DNA of 33,281 nt, taken from Terrimicrobiaceae bacterium. GTDB taxonomy: Bacteria; Verrucomicrobiota; Verrucomicrobiia; Chthoniobacterales; Terrimicrobiaceae. Shown here piece by piece: positions 17,823 to 27,922 of this stretch (position 1 is the stretch's first letter; each line of letters opens with the position of its first letter). A model generated the notes under the pieces. That model ran no database searches. It saw only the letters and a program-made list of their open reading frames with translations, and had not been told where the DNA came from. Location of the stretch: contig JBGSVZ010000111.1 of NCBI GenBank assembly GCA_041752695.1, positions 1 through 33,281 on the forward strand, written 5' to 3'. A program made the position numbers and the translations under genes.

Positions 17823-18578
17823 TTATTGGTTGAGAAAGGCGAGTTCCCTGCGGCGCAGGAAGGGGGCGTGAATTGCGGCGGAAAACTTCCGGCGCTCGGC
17901 GGCATCGAGTTCGGCGGTGAATTCGTCGTTGAGCCGCATTTGTGACATTAGGAAGTTCTGGTTCTGCTCGTCCGATTCGGCAAAGAGAGTGGTTTCGCCC
18001 GACGAGGTATCTCTTTCCTCCCACGCGGGTAATTCGGGTTCGATGTCGGAAATGAAATCCGTTTCCACGGGATTTTCCGGTGTTGGTGCCGGTGTCGGAA
18101 CGGGGTTCGGCGTCGGTTGAGGATTCTGAGTTTCCTTCTTTTTGAATTCTTCGAGTTCGAGTTGGAGACCCGACACCTTGCCCGCCTCCTGCTGCAAAGC
18201 GTCGAGGCGTTTTTGCATGGCGCGGTTCTGCTCCTGCAACGCTGCGGCGTAGGCGGGCTGTTTGGCGTTCAACTCGCCGGAGGCATTTGAGGGATTGCCA
18301 GTCGGAAGGATCGGCGGAGGATCGGGCAGATAGTTCCAATCAGGCGACTGTTCCCGCCGATAAACGGTGTGCTGTTCGTGCATTTCGTCCGGGTAATTCG
18401 GGTCGGTGTAGCGACCAACCGGATATGCCTTCACGACTTCCGGTGTGCGAACGAAGGCCATGCGTTTTGCGGAAACGCTCGTTCTTGGCACAACGGCGGT
18501 ATTTGGCGGCTTGCAATCCCTGCGAGAGGCGCATCCTGCGCTGAGGGAGACGATAAGAAGAGAGATGAGATATTTCAT
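17823..18578 (-). CDS. T4SS-associated lipoprotein
   Basis: Lipobox LSAGC, coiled-coil and Pro-rich linker. ATGA-coupled to virB10. Confidence 0.7.
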   Translation of the reverse strand: MKYLISLLIVSLSAGCASRRDCKPPNTAVVPRTSVSAKRMAFVRTPEVVKAYPVGRYTDPNYPDEMHEQHTVYRREQSPDWNYLPDPPPILPTGNPSNASGELNAKQPAYAAALQEQNRAMQKRLDALQQEAGKVSGLQLELEEFKKKETQNPQPTPNPVPTPAPTPENPVETDFISDIEPELPAWEERDTSSGETTLFAESDEQNQNFLMSQMRLNDEFTAELDAAERRKFSAAIHAPFLRRRELAFLNQ

Positions 18579-19561
18579 TTGGTGGATGGGTTGGGAGTGG
18601 CGGCGGAAATGCGGGCCTTCGCGAGATCAACGGTCTGGGACACGTAGAGGTAAAAGGTCGTGCCGGCCGGAACGCGAACGTAATACGGGTCGTTCTTCAG
18701 ACCTTCCAAAAGGCGCTGGGAATAAATTTGGCCTCCCGCTTCGATCCCTGCGGCGATGGCATCCTGATACCCGCCCTGCTGAACCTGGGTCACCCCGCCA
18801 GTCAGCGGCGAAATAATGTTGGTCACGGCCGGAAACGCCCCAGCTCCGGCGGAAATCATGGCGGCGAGGATGGCCTTCGCTTCGGCGTATTTGTCGGCAG
18901 CGATCATGTAGCCGCGCAGTCCGGCGGAGCCGTCCGTTTCGGCCCATTGTCCGCCGCCGGTGCCGTCGGGAGCATAATCGAGAACAGTGCCCGAAAGCGG
19001 CAGTTCCCTTCCGTCCTGAAAAACGAGCACCCATTGGCGTTCAGAGCCGATGCGCTCGCGGGCGGCGGTTTTCTGGGCGAGGCCATGCACCTCGGTTCCT
19101 GCCGGCAGGACGAGACGGCCCGCCTGCCAGACATCTTCCGTGATCAAACCGATGATGGGCGTTTCGATGTTGGTGGATTCCACCGCGTTGACCAATTCGC
19201 AGCGGAGCAGCCGTCCGTAGGGGAGGTAATATTCACTGCGGGATTCCTCCCGGGTGGCAAAGATGGCCTGCGGAATCGGTGGCGGTGGTTTCGGGGGTGG
19301 CACTGACCGGATGACTTCCTGCGAAGGGGGTGTTTCGGGCGTGCTCGGTTTGGACGGCGGTGGGGTCGGAATGTTTTGCTCAAAAGAAGTGTGTTTGGCC
19401 GTGGTCGCCTGGGCAGGCAAATTCGGCTTCAGCGCCTCCGGCGTTGTGCGAGACTTTCCGCTGAACACGAAGGCAAGGACCAAGGCACCAGCCACCAGGA
19501 AGAGAATCAGCCGCCCGGTCGGTTTCTGGAAAAGTTCGGTGAAGATTTTGCGGAGGTTCAT
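18575..19561 (-). CDS. virB10: VirB10/TrbI-like T4SS protein
   Basis: N-terminal TM, Pro-rich stalk, LPYGRLLRCELVNAV, LVLPAGTEVHG, DGSAGLRG and VRVPAGTTFYLYV. Confidence 0.85.
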   Translation of the reverse strand: MNLRKIFTELFQKPTGRLILFLVAGALVLAFVFSGKSRTTPEALKPNLPAQATTAKHTSFEQNIPTPPPSKPSTPETPPSQEVIRSVPPPKPPPPIPQAIFATREESRSEYYLPYGRLLRCELVNAVESTNIETPIIGLITEDVWQAGRLVLPAGTEVHGLAQKTAARERIGSERQWVLVFQDGRELPLSGTVLDYAPDGTGGGQWAETDGSAGLRGYMIAADKYAEAKAILAAMISAGAGAFPAVTNIISPLTGGVTQVQQGGYQDAIAAGIEAGGQIYSQRLLEGLKNDPYYVRVPAGTTFYLYVSQTVDLAKARISAATPNPSTK

Positions 19562-20391
19562 TTGGTGTCGATGTTGGAGAGTTGGGGTTCGCTGCGCACA
19601 ACCAGGACATTCCATTTGTTGTCGGGTGCGAGGTTGTTGCGGCCTCCGTGCCCGTTGCCGGTGATGGCGATAAAAACCGGAGTGAGGGACTTGGGAGGCA
19701 TAACGCCGGAAGCATCGACTAGGGATTGCGTGTAAATGCGGTCCTCCAACCGGATGGCTAAATCCTGCGGGTTGTAGCGGACGGGGCGGTCGGTCGTGTT
19801 TTCCAGTTCGAGCCGGAAAATGAGCGTGTCGTCCTGCTCGAAGCGCCAGACATCGCGGATACGAACATCGAAACCCTCGTAATGGGTGGTGATGCCGGGG
19901 ACGGCATGGAGCACTCCCGCCAAAGCGTCCGGATGATGGCTGGCCAGGAGCGGATACGCCTTCGCCTTATCCATGAGCGAAAGCAGCCGCTCCGGCACGA
20001 TGGCCATCCGGCCTCCCTCCTTGGCCTGCCGTTCGTCCTGATAAAACGTGATGTTGTAAGACGGCTTCTCGGAAGCCTTGAGATGAAGGACATAGGCCTT
20101 CCGGTTGAAGATTACGGTGAGATGATCCTCGGCATCGGCCTTCAGCGCCCGGATGGTGAGATAAAAATTCCCGGGTGTGAACGTGATGAGGAACCCCGCG
20201 TTCTCTTGTTCCTGAGTGGAAACCGATTTCGCATACAGGCCGGAAATTTCCGACGGGAACATGATGGTGGTGGTTCCGGTTTTGTGAGCGACTGGAACAT
20301 CGTAGATGACGAATTCATCAAGGGGCTTTTGGGTGATCGGCCCGGCGCAGGCCGTGGCTGCCAATAGGAAAAAGAAGACGAAGTTTTTCAT
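19558..20391 (-). CDS. VirB9-like T4SS outer-membrane core protein
   Basis: Signal peptide, TTTIMFP motif, beta-rich domains, position directly before virB10. Confidence 0.65.
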   Translation of the reverse strand: MKNFVFFFLLAATACAGPITQKPLDEFVIYDVPVAHKTGTTTIMFPSEISGLYAKSVSTQEQENAGFLITFTPGNFYLTIRALKADAEDHLTVIFNRKAYVLHLKASEKPSYNITFYQDERQAKEGGRMAIVPERLLSLMDKAKAYPLLASHHPDALAGVLHAVPGITTHYEGFDVRIRDVWRFEQDDTLIFRLELENTTDRPVRYNPQDLAIRLEDRIYTQSLVDASGVMPPKSLTPVFIAITGNGHGGRNNLAPDNKWNVLVVRSEPQLSNIDTK

Positions 20392-20397
20392 AAAAAT

Positions 20398-21030
20398 TCA
20401 GAGAGGTTTTTCGGTATAAGTAAAATCCTGCACGACGAGCGGGAGACGCCCGTTACCAAGGAGGTCGGGGTTGCGGATGAAGAGGAATTCGATTTGGAAC
20501 TTGGCCGGCTCCCGGAACTCCATGCCTTTGATGGTGCCGGTGCGGATGAGATTGCCCTCGGCCTTCACGCTGACGGCCTCATACGATTGACCGGCTCCGT
20601 CATTGATTTTTCGGGTGTCGAGGATGTCGATCTTGGTGACCTCCGCCTTCTGGTGAATCTGCTTTTCTTTGAATTCCTGGTTCTGAGATTTGTAGATGGC
20701 GGCGGCCTTTTTTCTGGCGGGATCTTCGAGGTAGATGCGTTTGAGGAGATCGGGCAAATCCGGGCCGATGGGATTGCGCTGGAGCAAAGCCAGGCAGGCG
20801 AGCCGCACATGGTAGGCATGGAGGTTTCCGGCTTCCTCGAAACCGAGCAGAGGCGCGTAGATGAGCGAACCGCCCGGATCGAGGATGACGACCTTTTCCT
20901 TCTGCTTCATGGCGGAAATGGTGAAATACGGCGCGGCGACCGCGAACCCGCAGGCGATGATGGCAAGCCCCATCCAGAAGCGGGCGGCGATGACGTTATT
21001 GGTAATGGAAGTAATGGCGGTGAGTTTCAT
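20398..21030 (-). CDS. VirB8-like T4SS protein
   Basis: Single N-terminal TM, VVILD, and a C-terminal RNP...N...LVVQDF motif typical of VirB8-like folds. Confidence 0.65.
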   Translation of the reverse strand: MKLTAITSITNNVIAARFWMGLAIIACGFAVAAPYFTISAMKQKEKVVILDPGGSLIYAPLLGFEEAGNLHAYHVRLACLALLQRNPIGPDLPDLLKRIYLEDPARKKAAAIYKSQNQEFKEKQIHQKAEVTKIDILDTRKINDGAGQSYEAVSVKAEGNLIRTGTIKGMEFREPAKFQIEFLFIRNPDLLGNGRLPLVVQDFTYTEKPL

Positions 21031-21036
21031 GGGAAA

Positions 21037-22236
21037 TCAGGCGTTGCGGCTGGCGAGCGGAGAATCCGGCGGGAGCGGCTGGGCTTTGGAGGCGTGGGAA
21101 TGAAAGGCGGCTTGAGCGGCGTGCGGAGTGGCAATGCTGCCCTTGTGGTGGGACACCGTTCCGGCGTTGTTGTCCACAACAGCGAAGGCGTTTGGCGCGG
21201 TCTGGTGGGCGACCATTCCCGGGTTGTCAGGATTGGTGGCGGAATCCCCGCCCGAGGGGGCGGGCGGAATTGGTGGTGGCGGTGGAACATCCATCGAGCC
21301 GGAAACTTCCCCGGAAAGTCGGCCTGCCGTGCCGGCTGCTCCAGCCGCGGCCTGTGCTCCGGTCAGAGCGCCTTGCACAGCCGCCGAACCGCCGAGGGTG
21401 GCCGCCGCGCCAGCGGCGGTCAGGCCGGTTCCGATGGCCATTCCAGCTCCCTGCAACGTTCCTTGGATGCCGGCCTGTAGGGCGGCGGTGGTGCCGCTCA
21501 GTCCCTTCATGATCGCCCCGGCCACGAAGGGAACCGACAAATAAAAGAACACGGTGATCAAAGCGGCGAAGGCCATGATGAACGGGAAAAGCAGCCAGTT
21601 CTGTACGGTGATGGAATACTGGGTGTTTTGAATCACCCCGCCGATGGTGATCGGACTGAAAAGGGTGTCGCTGATGGCCACAATCACGATGTCCACCAAG
21701 CAAATCGCCACATGCCAAAGCAGCACGGTCAGCGAGGTAACCCCGAATTGGATGCCGAGAGATTGCGTATGCGAGACGAAGAGAAATCCCAGCAAAAGCG
21801 GCGAGACCGCAATCAAGCCCGCAATAGCAAAGTTCTGAAAGAACGTCAGAACGATCAGCATGAACCTCCCGATGCCTTGGAAAAACATCCCGATGGCGGC
21901 GGGAACGACCTTGCCTAAGTCCGTCCAGGAATCAGACGGCTGGTTTTCGATGCGGGAACGCAGGAGTTGCACGAATTTGGCGTCCCGTGCGTTGGTGAAT
22001 TTACCGCGCATTTCGACAAAAGCTTTCTGGCCGCCATCCATTGCGGCCGGGTAGCCCACAAGCAACCCGACCACGAGGATGGTTTTTATCAGGGTGCCGA
22101 GAATGGCACGGGTGTCCGACCCGGCCCGCCAGCCCATTTCGCCGATGCCGATGACACAAAGGACAAAAGCAAACGGCATGAGAAGCAGCCGAATTTCGAA
22201 AGCGGCTGCGTAGAGATTAGAAAGTGAAGGAATCAT
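21037..22236 (-). CDS. VirB6/TrbL-like polytopic T4SS protein
   Basis: Multiple TM segments, a Gly/Ala-rich C-terminal tail, and operon position. Confidence 0.75.
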   Translation of the reverse strand: MIPSLSNLYAAAFEIRLLLMPFAFVLCVIGIGEMGWRAGSDTRAILGTLIKTILVVGLLVGYPAAMDGGQKAFVEMRGKFTNARDAKFVQLLRSRIENQPSDSWTDLGKVVPAAIGMFFQGIGRFMLIVLTFFQNFAIAGLIAVSPLLLGFLFVSHTQSLGIQFGVTSLTVLLWHVAICLVDIVIVAISDTLFSPITIGGVIQNTQYSITVQNWLLFPFIMAFAALITVFFYLSVPFVAGAIMKGLSGTTAALQAGIQGTLQGAGMAIGTGLTAAGAAATLGGSAAVQGALTGAQAAAGAAGTAGRLSGEVSGSMDVPPPPPIPPAPSGGDSATNPDNPGMVAHQTAPNAFAVVDNNAGTVSHHKGSIATPHAAQAAFHSHASKAQPLPPDSPLASRNA

Positions 22237-22270
22237 ATTCAGAGAATTAAAAAGATGAGGCGAAGCCTCC

Positions 22271-23152
22271 TCAGAAGCCGGGGGGAACGTCCGTGTTGGC
22301 GGTGTTGAAGTCGGGGAGTTCCAATTCTGCTTCCGCCTCGGCAGCCATACGGGAGAGTTCGCGGTTGCGCTCCCGGCTGATTTCCTCGGCGGCGACTTCC
22401 TCGGAGTCCTTCCGGTTTTGGTTGAGGGTGTGAATCAGACCCACCTGGCCGCGTGCCGTATCCACCATGTCATCCAAGTCATCGAGAGCGGTCTGAGCGG
22501 TGGAAAGAGACCCAACGAGCTTTTGCACCTCGGCGTCGTCCTGGGCGTTCTTCAACTGAGTATTGAGGCGGGCAATCTGCCGGTTGAGGACCTTGCGTTT
22601 GTTCTGCGCCCGTCCGAGGAGGATTTCAAAACGCGAAAATGCGTTGTCCACCGCGCGAAACCGCTTCAAAGGATCTCCCGGATCCCGAAAAGATGCGATG
22701 CCGTCGAAACTGCGGGTCGTGTCGAGGGCGAGGTTTTTCCAACCGTCGAGATTAATGGGCTCGAACAACTCCTGAATCGTAGCGGAAAGTTCCGCCCCTT
22801 CCTGGGCGATGCCGGCCAGTTCGCCCAGCGTATCGGCAATCCCGGAATCCTCCAGGTAGCCGGAAAATAGACCGTTATCAATCAAGGCAATCGCGGCGAC
22901 TGGATCCCCGATGGCTGCCTTCACCTGATTGGCCGTTTCCAAGTGCTCGCGCACGGTGGTTAGCGTATTGTGGAGAGTGGCGAGCTTTTCGGCCCATTTG
23001 GCCTGCTCCCACGAATATTTGAGAATATCGAAAATGTTCTTTTGGTCTTGCCGGGCCTCGACTCCTGGAGCGGCGACGACGATCTGCGCGTGATTGGCAG
23101 GCGTGGAAACCGCAGTGATTGCGGCGGTGACGATGACAATGGGCTTTTTCAT
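22271..23152 (-). CDS. VirB5/TrbJ-like T4SS protein
   Basis: Signal peptide ending NHA-Q then IVV, long helical coiled-coil, directly before the VirB6-like gene. Confidence 0.6.
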   Translation of the reverse strand: MKKPIVIVTAAITAVSTPANHAQIVVAAPGVEARQDQKNIFDILKYSWEQAKWAEKLATLHNTLTTVREHLETANQVKAAIGDPVAAIALIDNGLFSGYLEDSGIADTLGELAGIAQEGAELSATIQELFEPINLDGWKNLALDTTRSFDGIASFRDPGDPLKRFRAVDNAFSRFEILLGRAQNKRKVLNRQIARLNTQLKNAQDDAEVQKLVGSLSTAQTALDDLDDMVDTARGQVGLIHTLNQNRKDSEEVAAEEISRERNRELSRMAAEAEAELELPDFNTANTDVPPGF

Positions 23153-23169
23153 GGCGATGGGAGGATGGG

Positions 23170-23457
23170 TTACTGAACGACAGGGAGAGTGATTTCGTAG
23201 GGGACGGTTTTCACCGTGGCGGCTGGGTCCGGGGTGATCGGAATGTGGTAAAGGGACACGCGCCGTTCCGGGGCCTCGGAACGTTTTTGCATGTCCTGCA
23301 AAATCCAATACTGGCGCTTCACGGTGTCGGCAGAACCGCGTTCGTATCCCTTTTCGAATTGCGAGCGCGACGCGCACGCCGGGAAGAGAAGCGTGATGAC
23401 TCCGCACCACGCGCAAGAAGCGAGGACGGTTTTTATTTTCCTATGGGCAATTTTCAT
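23170..23457 (-). CDS. Small T4SS lipoprotein (VirB7-like)
   Basis: 95 aa with lipobox LFPAC, between virB4 and the VirB5-like gene. Confidence 0.6.
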   Translation of the reverse strand: MKIAHRKIKTVLASCAWCGVITLLFPACASRSQFEKGYERGSADTVKRQYWILQDMQKRSEAPERRVSLYHIPITPDPAATVKTVPYEITLPVVQ

Positions 23458-23463
23458 AAGTGA

Positions 23464-26160
23464 TCAGGGGTTGGAGGAAATGGCGGATTCCGAAAGAATT
23501 CCGCTGACGATGTTGGGATGGTTGCGGAGCAGACGGCTCCGGTTGTCGAAGTCTTCCCCGGTCGAGGAAGAGCAGAAGAGCATTTCAGGGGAAACCCGGT
23601 TATGAATCGTCCCGCAGAGTGGTTCCTGAACGTCGAGGTGGTAGTACGTCAGAGCGGCGTATTTGTTATTGTCCGGCAAATGCTCTGGAAGCGGGTACCG
23701 GGAAATCGCCTCCTTGGTCGTCTCGGACAGATCAATGTCCTTCGCCACATCCTCAATATCGCGGCGGTCGTTCATCCGCGTAAAAAAGAACTGCTTGGCG
23801 TTGCCAAAAACGATGGGGCGGATGCCCGAGCGTTGGAACCGGCTGTATTGCTGGACGATGCTGATAATCCAGGTGGAGAACTTCGAGAGCTGGGCATAGA
23901 ACTCGGAAACGAGCTGCTCGCCGCCGGGAATATCCAACGTTCTGGCCACCTCCTCGAAAATCACGCGCTTCCGTGCTCCGCGTGGCAGGGTAATAATGTG
24001 CTGGCGCCCGTAGTTGGCGATGAGGAACCCGGCGAGTTCCTTCAACTGCCGATTCGACTCGGGAATGTACGTCAGGTCGAAATGCGCGATCCTGCCGGTA
24101 ATGGATAGGGTGGAATGCCCGCAAACCAGACGCTGCTCATTCCAGGGGGCGAGCAGGGTAGCGAGATGGTTGATTTCGTCCCGGTTGTGTTCTGGAAACG
24201 GAGCCACCAACATCATTTGCTGGAGCATGTCGTGCGTCGGATAGTCCTCGGCTCGGAAGAATGCGAACGCCGCATTACGAACATACCGCTCGGTGTCGGG
24301 CGACTGGATGAACCGAGAAACTTCCTCGGCTGTTGGGGCTCCAATCAGCCGTTCCCGTTCCTCAGAGGAAACCGAATGACGCAACTCCGCCCACGCTTCG
24401 ACGAAGGTCGCCGAAATCGGCATGTGGGCCTTCTTGTAGGCCAGGGTGGCGAGAGCATGACGCGCCACCAGATCGAGGCGCGAGGCGTCCTCGCCAATCC
24501 ACTCGTCAAAACGATCGGTGTAAAGTTGCTCGATATACTGCGTAATCTGAGCGAGCCGCAGGCTTCGCCTGTCTTCATCGGAGGGATTCCCCGCCATCTT
24601 CGCCACCAGCGCGGCAGCGGTGGTGATTTGCAGATTGGTCAGTGGTGCGCCCTGCGTGTCGAGATAGTTCAAGCAAAGGTCACCGTCCGGCTGAATGACG
24701 ATGGGCGTGTGGCCCTGCGCCTGCGTCCAGATCCCGTAAGAAAGTCCTTCCTCGACGATGAGGGTGAAATCGTAATACGGGTCAGCCTGCGAAAGGAGGT
24801 CAGCCATGAAGGCGGATTTTCCGGCCCGGGTCATGCCGAGGAGCACGGCAAGTTGCGGCGTGCCCGAAAGAAAATTGCGAACTCCAATCAGGTTTCGATT
24901 GCTGCCGTCATAGAGAGCTTCAGCGCCCTCAAGATGTCCGGTGAAAGTGGACGAAAACGGCAGGATGTCGGCCAGCCATTCATCCAGTCCGTTGTCTGCG
25001 TGGTGGGTGTATTTGCCCCAGAGCCACCCCGGCCAGGTCTGGAACCAAATGTTCTTGGTGGTGGCGGCGGAGGAAAGATTGCTGGTCCAGCATTGGGCAT
25101 CCTCCATTTGCCCGAAGGCAGTTTCGATCTGCCGGGTTTTGGAAATCAGCCCGTCCTCTGTTCTGTCCCAAACATGAACCACATAGTCATACAGGAAAGG
25201 GACAACGTCCCCTTGGGCGAGATTACGGATGCGCTCTTCCTTAACCGCCTTCGACGTGAGAAGCGAATGCTTCCTCTCTGCGGCATAGTCGCCCCGTACG
25301 CGCTCCAGCGAGCGTTCCGCTCGACCGATTTCCTTGCGGACGTTCTGCGGATACAGATTGACCGTGATGGAGTAGTCCAGAAACGGCAACGAAGTCACCG
25401 CCCAGAAAATCCCGCGCCGGGTCCGCTGCGGACGGCGCTTCAGAATGATGAGGTTGTGATAGAACCCGTCTGAAAAGAAGCCGAAGGCTTTCCCGGCCTG
25501 GACTCCTTGGTGCCAGCAATTTTGATGAATGGTTTCCTCTTCGCGGAACTGGCCGATGGGATCATAGTTGTCGCGACGGAGATAAGACGGATTAAAAAAC
25601 GCGGCGTAATGCCGGAACAAATCTGCCGTCGTCATGGGGGTGACCCGACCCCCATGCGGTTCCAGTAGAGACGAAAGGACGCGCCCATGCTGGTCGAATC
25701 CCTCCCCATATTGCGCCAGAATCCGTTTGTAGTGTTCCTGCAAAAGGTCCTGATTTGCGCCCGCCGGTGGATTGACGCCAATGGGCTTGGATAGGAAAAG
25801 CACGAGCTTTTCCCGACGCAATTTGCCATCCTGCATAGCCCGCCAATAGCGGTTGAACCGCTCGTTGCGGGTGATGGCTGGCCAGGAAGCTGCTTCGCAG
25901 CGCTTCTCTGTTACGGCATGATAGGCCAGTAATTCGTCACGATAGTCGGAATCCACTGACCAGCGGAGTTGGGCACGAGTGGACTCGTCCAACGTGTGGA
26001 GGAATTGCCGGACGGAGCCGTAGAATTGATCCAACGCGTGTTCACTGGGGTGACGCAGGTCAGGAACATCCAGAACGAAGCCCTTGGAAACAAAGCCGCG
26101 TTTATCTAGGTCGTTCCAGACGATGAGATTTTCAGTGAACCAGCCGTTGGGTGCTTGCAT
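23464..26160 (-). CDS. virB4: VirB4-like conjugative ATPase
   Basis: About 900 aa with GMTRAGKS Walker A, CLNYLD, VIFEE Walker B and SIVQQ. Follows the VirB2/VirB3-like genes. Confidence 0.88.
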   Translation of the reverse strand: MQAPNGWFTENLIVWNDLDKRGFVSKGFVLDVPDLRHPSEHALDQFYGSVRQFLHTLDESTRAQLRWSVDSDYRDELLAYHAVTEKRCEAASWPAITRNERFNRYWRAMQDGKLRREKLVLFLSKPIGVNPPAGANQDLLQEHYKRILAQYGEGFDQHGRVLSSLLEPHGGRVTPMTTADLFRHYAAFFNPSYLRRDNYDPIGQFREEETIHQNCWHQGVQAGKAFGFFSDGFYHNLIILKRRPQRTRRGIFWAVTSLPFLDYSITVNLYPQNVRKEIGRAERSLERVRGDYAAERKHSLLTSKAVKEERIRNLAQGDVVPFLYDYVVHVWDRTEDGLISKTRQIETAFGQMEDAQCWTSNLSSAATTKNIWFQTWPGWLWGKYTHHADNGLDEWLADILPFSSTFTGHLEGAEALYDGSNRNLIGVRNFLSGTPQLAVLLGMTRAGKSAFMADLLSQADPYYDFTLIVEEGLSYGIWTQAQGHTPIVIQPDGDLCLNYLDTQGAPLTNLQITTAAALVAKMAGNPSDEDRRSLRLAQITQYIEQLYTDRFDEWIGEDASRLDLVARHALATLAYKKAHMPISATFVEAWAELRHSVSSEERERLIGAPTAEEVSRFIQSPDTERYVRNAAFAFFRAEDYPTHDMLQQMMLVAPFPEHNRDEINHLATLLAPWNEQRLVCGHSTLSITGRIAHFDLTYIPESNRQLKELAGFLIANYGRQHIITLPRGARKRVIFEEVARTLDIPGGEQLVSEFYAQLSKFSTWIISIVQQYSRFQRSGIRPIVFGNAKQFFFTRMNDRRDIEDVAKDIDLSETTKEAISRYPLPEHLPDNNKYAALTYYHLDVQEPLCGTIHNRVSPEMLFCSSSTGEDFDNRSRLLRNHPNIVSGILSESAISSNP

Positions 26161-26476
26161 GGGAAAGGAGAGGGTTGAGACGTTGATGGGGAGCGGGCAT
26201 CCAGCCGGAACCGTTCGCCCGGGTTTCCAGCCAATCGGTGTCAAAGGCTTTTGGTTTGCCCTGGCGAAAGACGAAGACGTAAACCGTGACGAGCGCAAAG
26301 GGTGCCGCGCCAACGCCGACACTCAAGGTCGGCGTGTTTTGGCGCGAGATGACAAGCGCAAGGCCGATTCCGATGAGGAGACCTGCGAGCATGAACAGGA
26401 GGTTCATGCCTTCGATGCCCCAAATCTTGCCGTCGCTGTCGTCTCCGGCGTGGGTTGGTACGATGCCTTTGCTCAT
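26132..26476 (-). CDS. VirB3-like membrane protein
   Basis: About 114 aa with two TM segments followed by GKP. TAATG-coupled to the pilin and overlapping the virB4 start. Confidence 0.65.
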   Translation of the reverse strand: MSKGIVPTHAGDDSDGKIWGIEGMNLLFMLAGLLIGIGLALVISRQNTPTLSVGVGAAPFALVTVYVFVFRQGKPKAFDTDWLETRANGSGWMPAPHQRLNPLLSHASTQRLVH

Positions 26477-26724
26477 TACTGAGAAATGCTGATGGTGGGC
26501 ATGCCACCCGCGTTGAAGAGGGCTTCGGCGATCACCACGGCGAGGCCGAGCATCAGACCGCCGACGATGGACATTTTGCCCTGGTCGGCATTGCCCGAGC
26601 GGATCTGCCATCCGCCATGCGCGATGACAACAACCGCGATGATGAAGAGGAACTTTGCAATGATTCCGAGACCTTCGGACATTGCGCCGTCGAGAGAGGC
26701 TTGAGCGAGGATGAGTGTTTTCAT
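26476..26724 (-). CDS. VirB2/TrbC-like pilin
   Basis: 82 aa, leader ending LAQ, and two hydrophobic helices joined by a G-W...G loop. Confidence 0.7.
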   Translation of the reverse strand: MKTLILAQASLDGAMSEGLGIIAKFLFIIAVVVIAHGGWQIRSGNADQGKMSIVGGLMLGLAVVIAEALFNAGGMPTISISQ

Positions 26725-27086
26725 ACGCTCGATATAATGGCAGCAAATTTGAGGGCACCTGCTCCCGTTTGGGAGCAACTTGCAATCAGCAAAAGCAAGA
26801 TTCCGTAGCGGGATTCCTTGGCTTGGCAAATGGCCTCGTAAAGCCGCTTGGCACCCCGAATGAACTCGGGATAAAGTTCCTCGGTATGCACCCCGAGAGC
26901 GCGAGCGAGGAAGATCAGATCATCGTCGGCGACACAAACGCGTCTCGCTTCGATTTTTGAAACTTTGCCTCGCGTCGCCTCGTCCATCCCGAGGATTTGC
27001 AGTTTGATGGCAAGGTCGTTTTGCGACATTTCCCGGCGGCTGCGCAGCCGGCGAATTTGGGGTCCGATAACATTTCGATTTCTCAT
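26721..27086 (-). CDS. XRE-family HTH transcriptional regulator
   Basis: NVIGPQIRRLR...SQNDLA...VSKIE...LARALGV motif. ATGA-coupled to the pilin. Confidence 0.88.
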   Translation of the reverse strand: MRNRNVIGPQIRRLRSRREMSQNDLAIKLQILGMDEATRGKVSKIEARRVCVADDDLIFLARALGVHTEELYPEFIRGAKRLYEAICQAKESRYGILLLLIASCSQTGAGALKFAAIISSV

Positions 27087-27133
27087 AGCGTTGAGAAACC
27101 TCTCCACCGGCACGAGAACCCTGTCAGGGAAGT

Positions 27134-27188
27134 GTGACGAATGTGTCCAAATCAGTGACGAACCGGCATTTTTTTAACCGTTCGTCAC
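27134..27188. promoter_or_regulatory. Candidate LytTR (AlgR-like) binding boxes upstream of the XRE-T4SS operon
   Basis: GTGACGAA at 27134-27141 and 27155-27162 (21-bp period), with an inverted copy at 27181-27188. ACCGTTCGTC at 27177-27186. Confidence 0.7.
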
Positions 27189-27922
27189 AGCAGATTCGGC
27201 TGCCTGAGAGCGCTCTTGAGCTTGGCTGCCGCACGGCGACCGAGTCGAATGGTCTCGGAAAATCCGCTCACTTTCACATGCATCTCATCCTTGCCGATTC
27301 TAGAAATGCTTTGGATCGCATCAACGTTGATGATGAACGAGCGGTGGGGATGGCAGAACATTTTCTTGGGCAAGATGGCCTCCCATTCTGTCATGCTCTG
27401 CCGCATGGTCAGGGAATCCCCGTCAATAAACCGCACGATGGAATAGTTTTCCAAGCCTTCGACTCCACCGATTTCTGCCAGATAGGCGAACCGCCGTTTT
27501 TTATCCCCTTGCAGATCGATCCTGTCGTCTTCGCCCAATAGTTGCGTGGCCGCGGATTGCGGCTGGCGCACGATGCGTTGCAGACTATGGGAAAGCTCCG
27601 TCGGATCGACGGGTTTCAGCAGATAGTTTACCGCGTTGACCGCAAAAGCTCGCATGGCGAACCGGTCGAAAGCCGTCACGAAAATGATGGCTGGCAGTGA
27701 ATTGATCTGGGGCAGCACGTCAAATCCCTCACCGTCTCTCAACTGGACATCGAGAAACAACAGATCCGGATTCAGGTCGCGACAAAGAGTCACCGCGTTT
27801 TTCACGGAATCGGCTTCCCCAATTACCCGGACATTGGAATGCGCGGCCAAAAGCTCGCGCAACACCTCCCGGGCGGGAGCCTCGTCATCGATGATTGCGG
27901 CGCGAAAAGCCAGAGCACTCAT
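27185..27922 (-). CDS. LytTR-family response regulator
   Basis: IIDDE, LLFLDVQ, FVTAF and YLLKP in the receiver domain. HRSFIIN in the LytTR domain. Confidence 0.93.
   Translation of the reverse strand: MSALAFRAAIIDDEAPAREVLRELLAAHSNVRVIGEADSVKNAVTLCRDLNPDLLFLDVQLRDGEGFDVLPQINSLPAIIFVTAFDRFAMRAFAVNAVNYLLKPVDPTELSHSLQRIVRQPQSAATQLLGEDDRIDLQGDKKRRFAYLAEIGGVEGLENYSIVRFIDGDSLTMRQSMTEWEAILPKKMFCHPHRSFIINVDAIQSISRIGKDEMHVKVSGFSETIRLGRRAAAKLKSALRQPNLL

Noticed and set aside
22245..22270. Hairpin GAGGC-gaa-GCCTC followed by a T-run on the - strand, between the VirB5-like and VirB6-like genes
   Set aside because: The stem is only 5 bp and the U-tract is interrupted, too weak to call a terminator.
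9810..25473. Long + strand ORFs opposite ICE genes (9810-10859, 20494-21480, 24115-25473 and others)
   Set aside because: Antisense shadows of well-supported GC-rich - strand genes, with no motifs.
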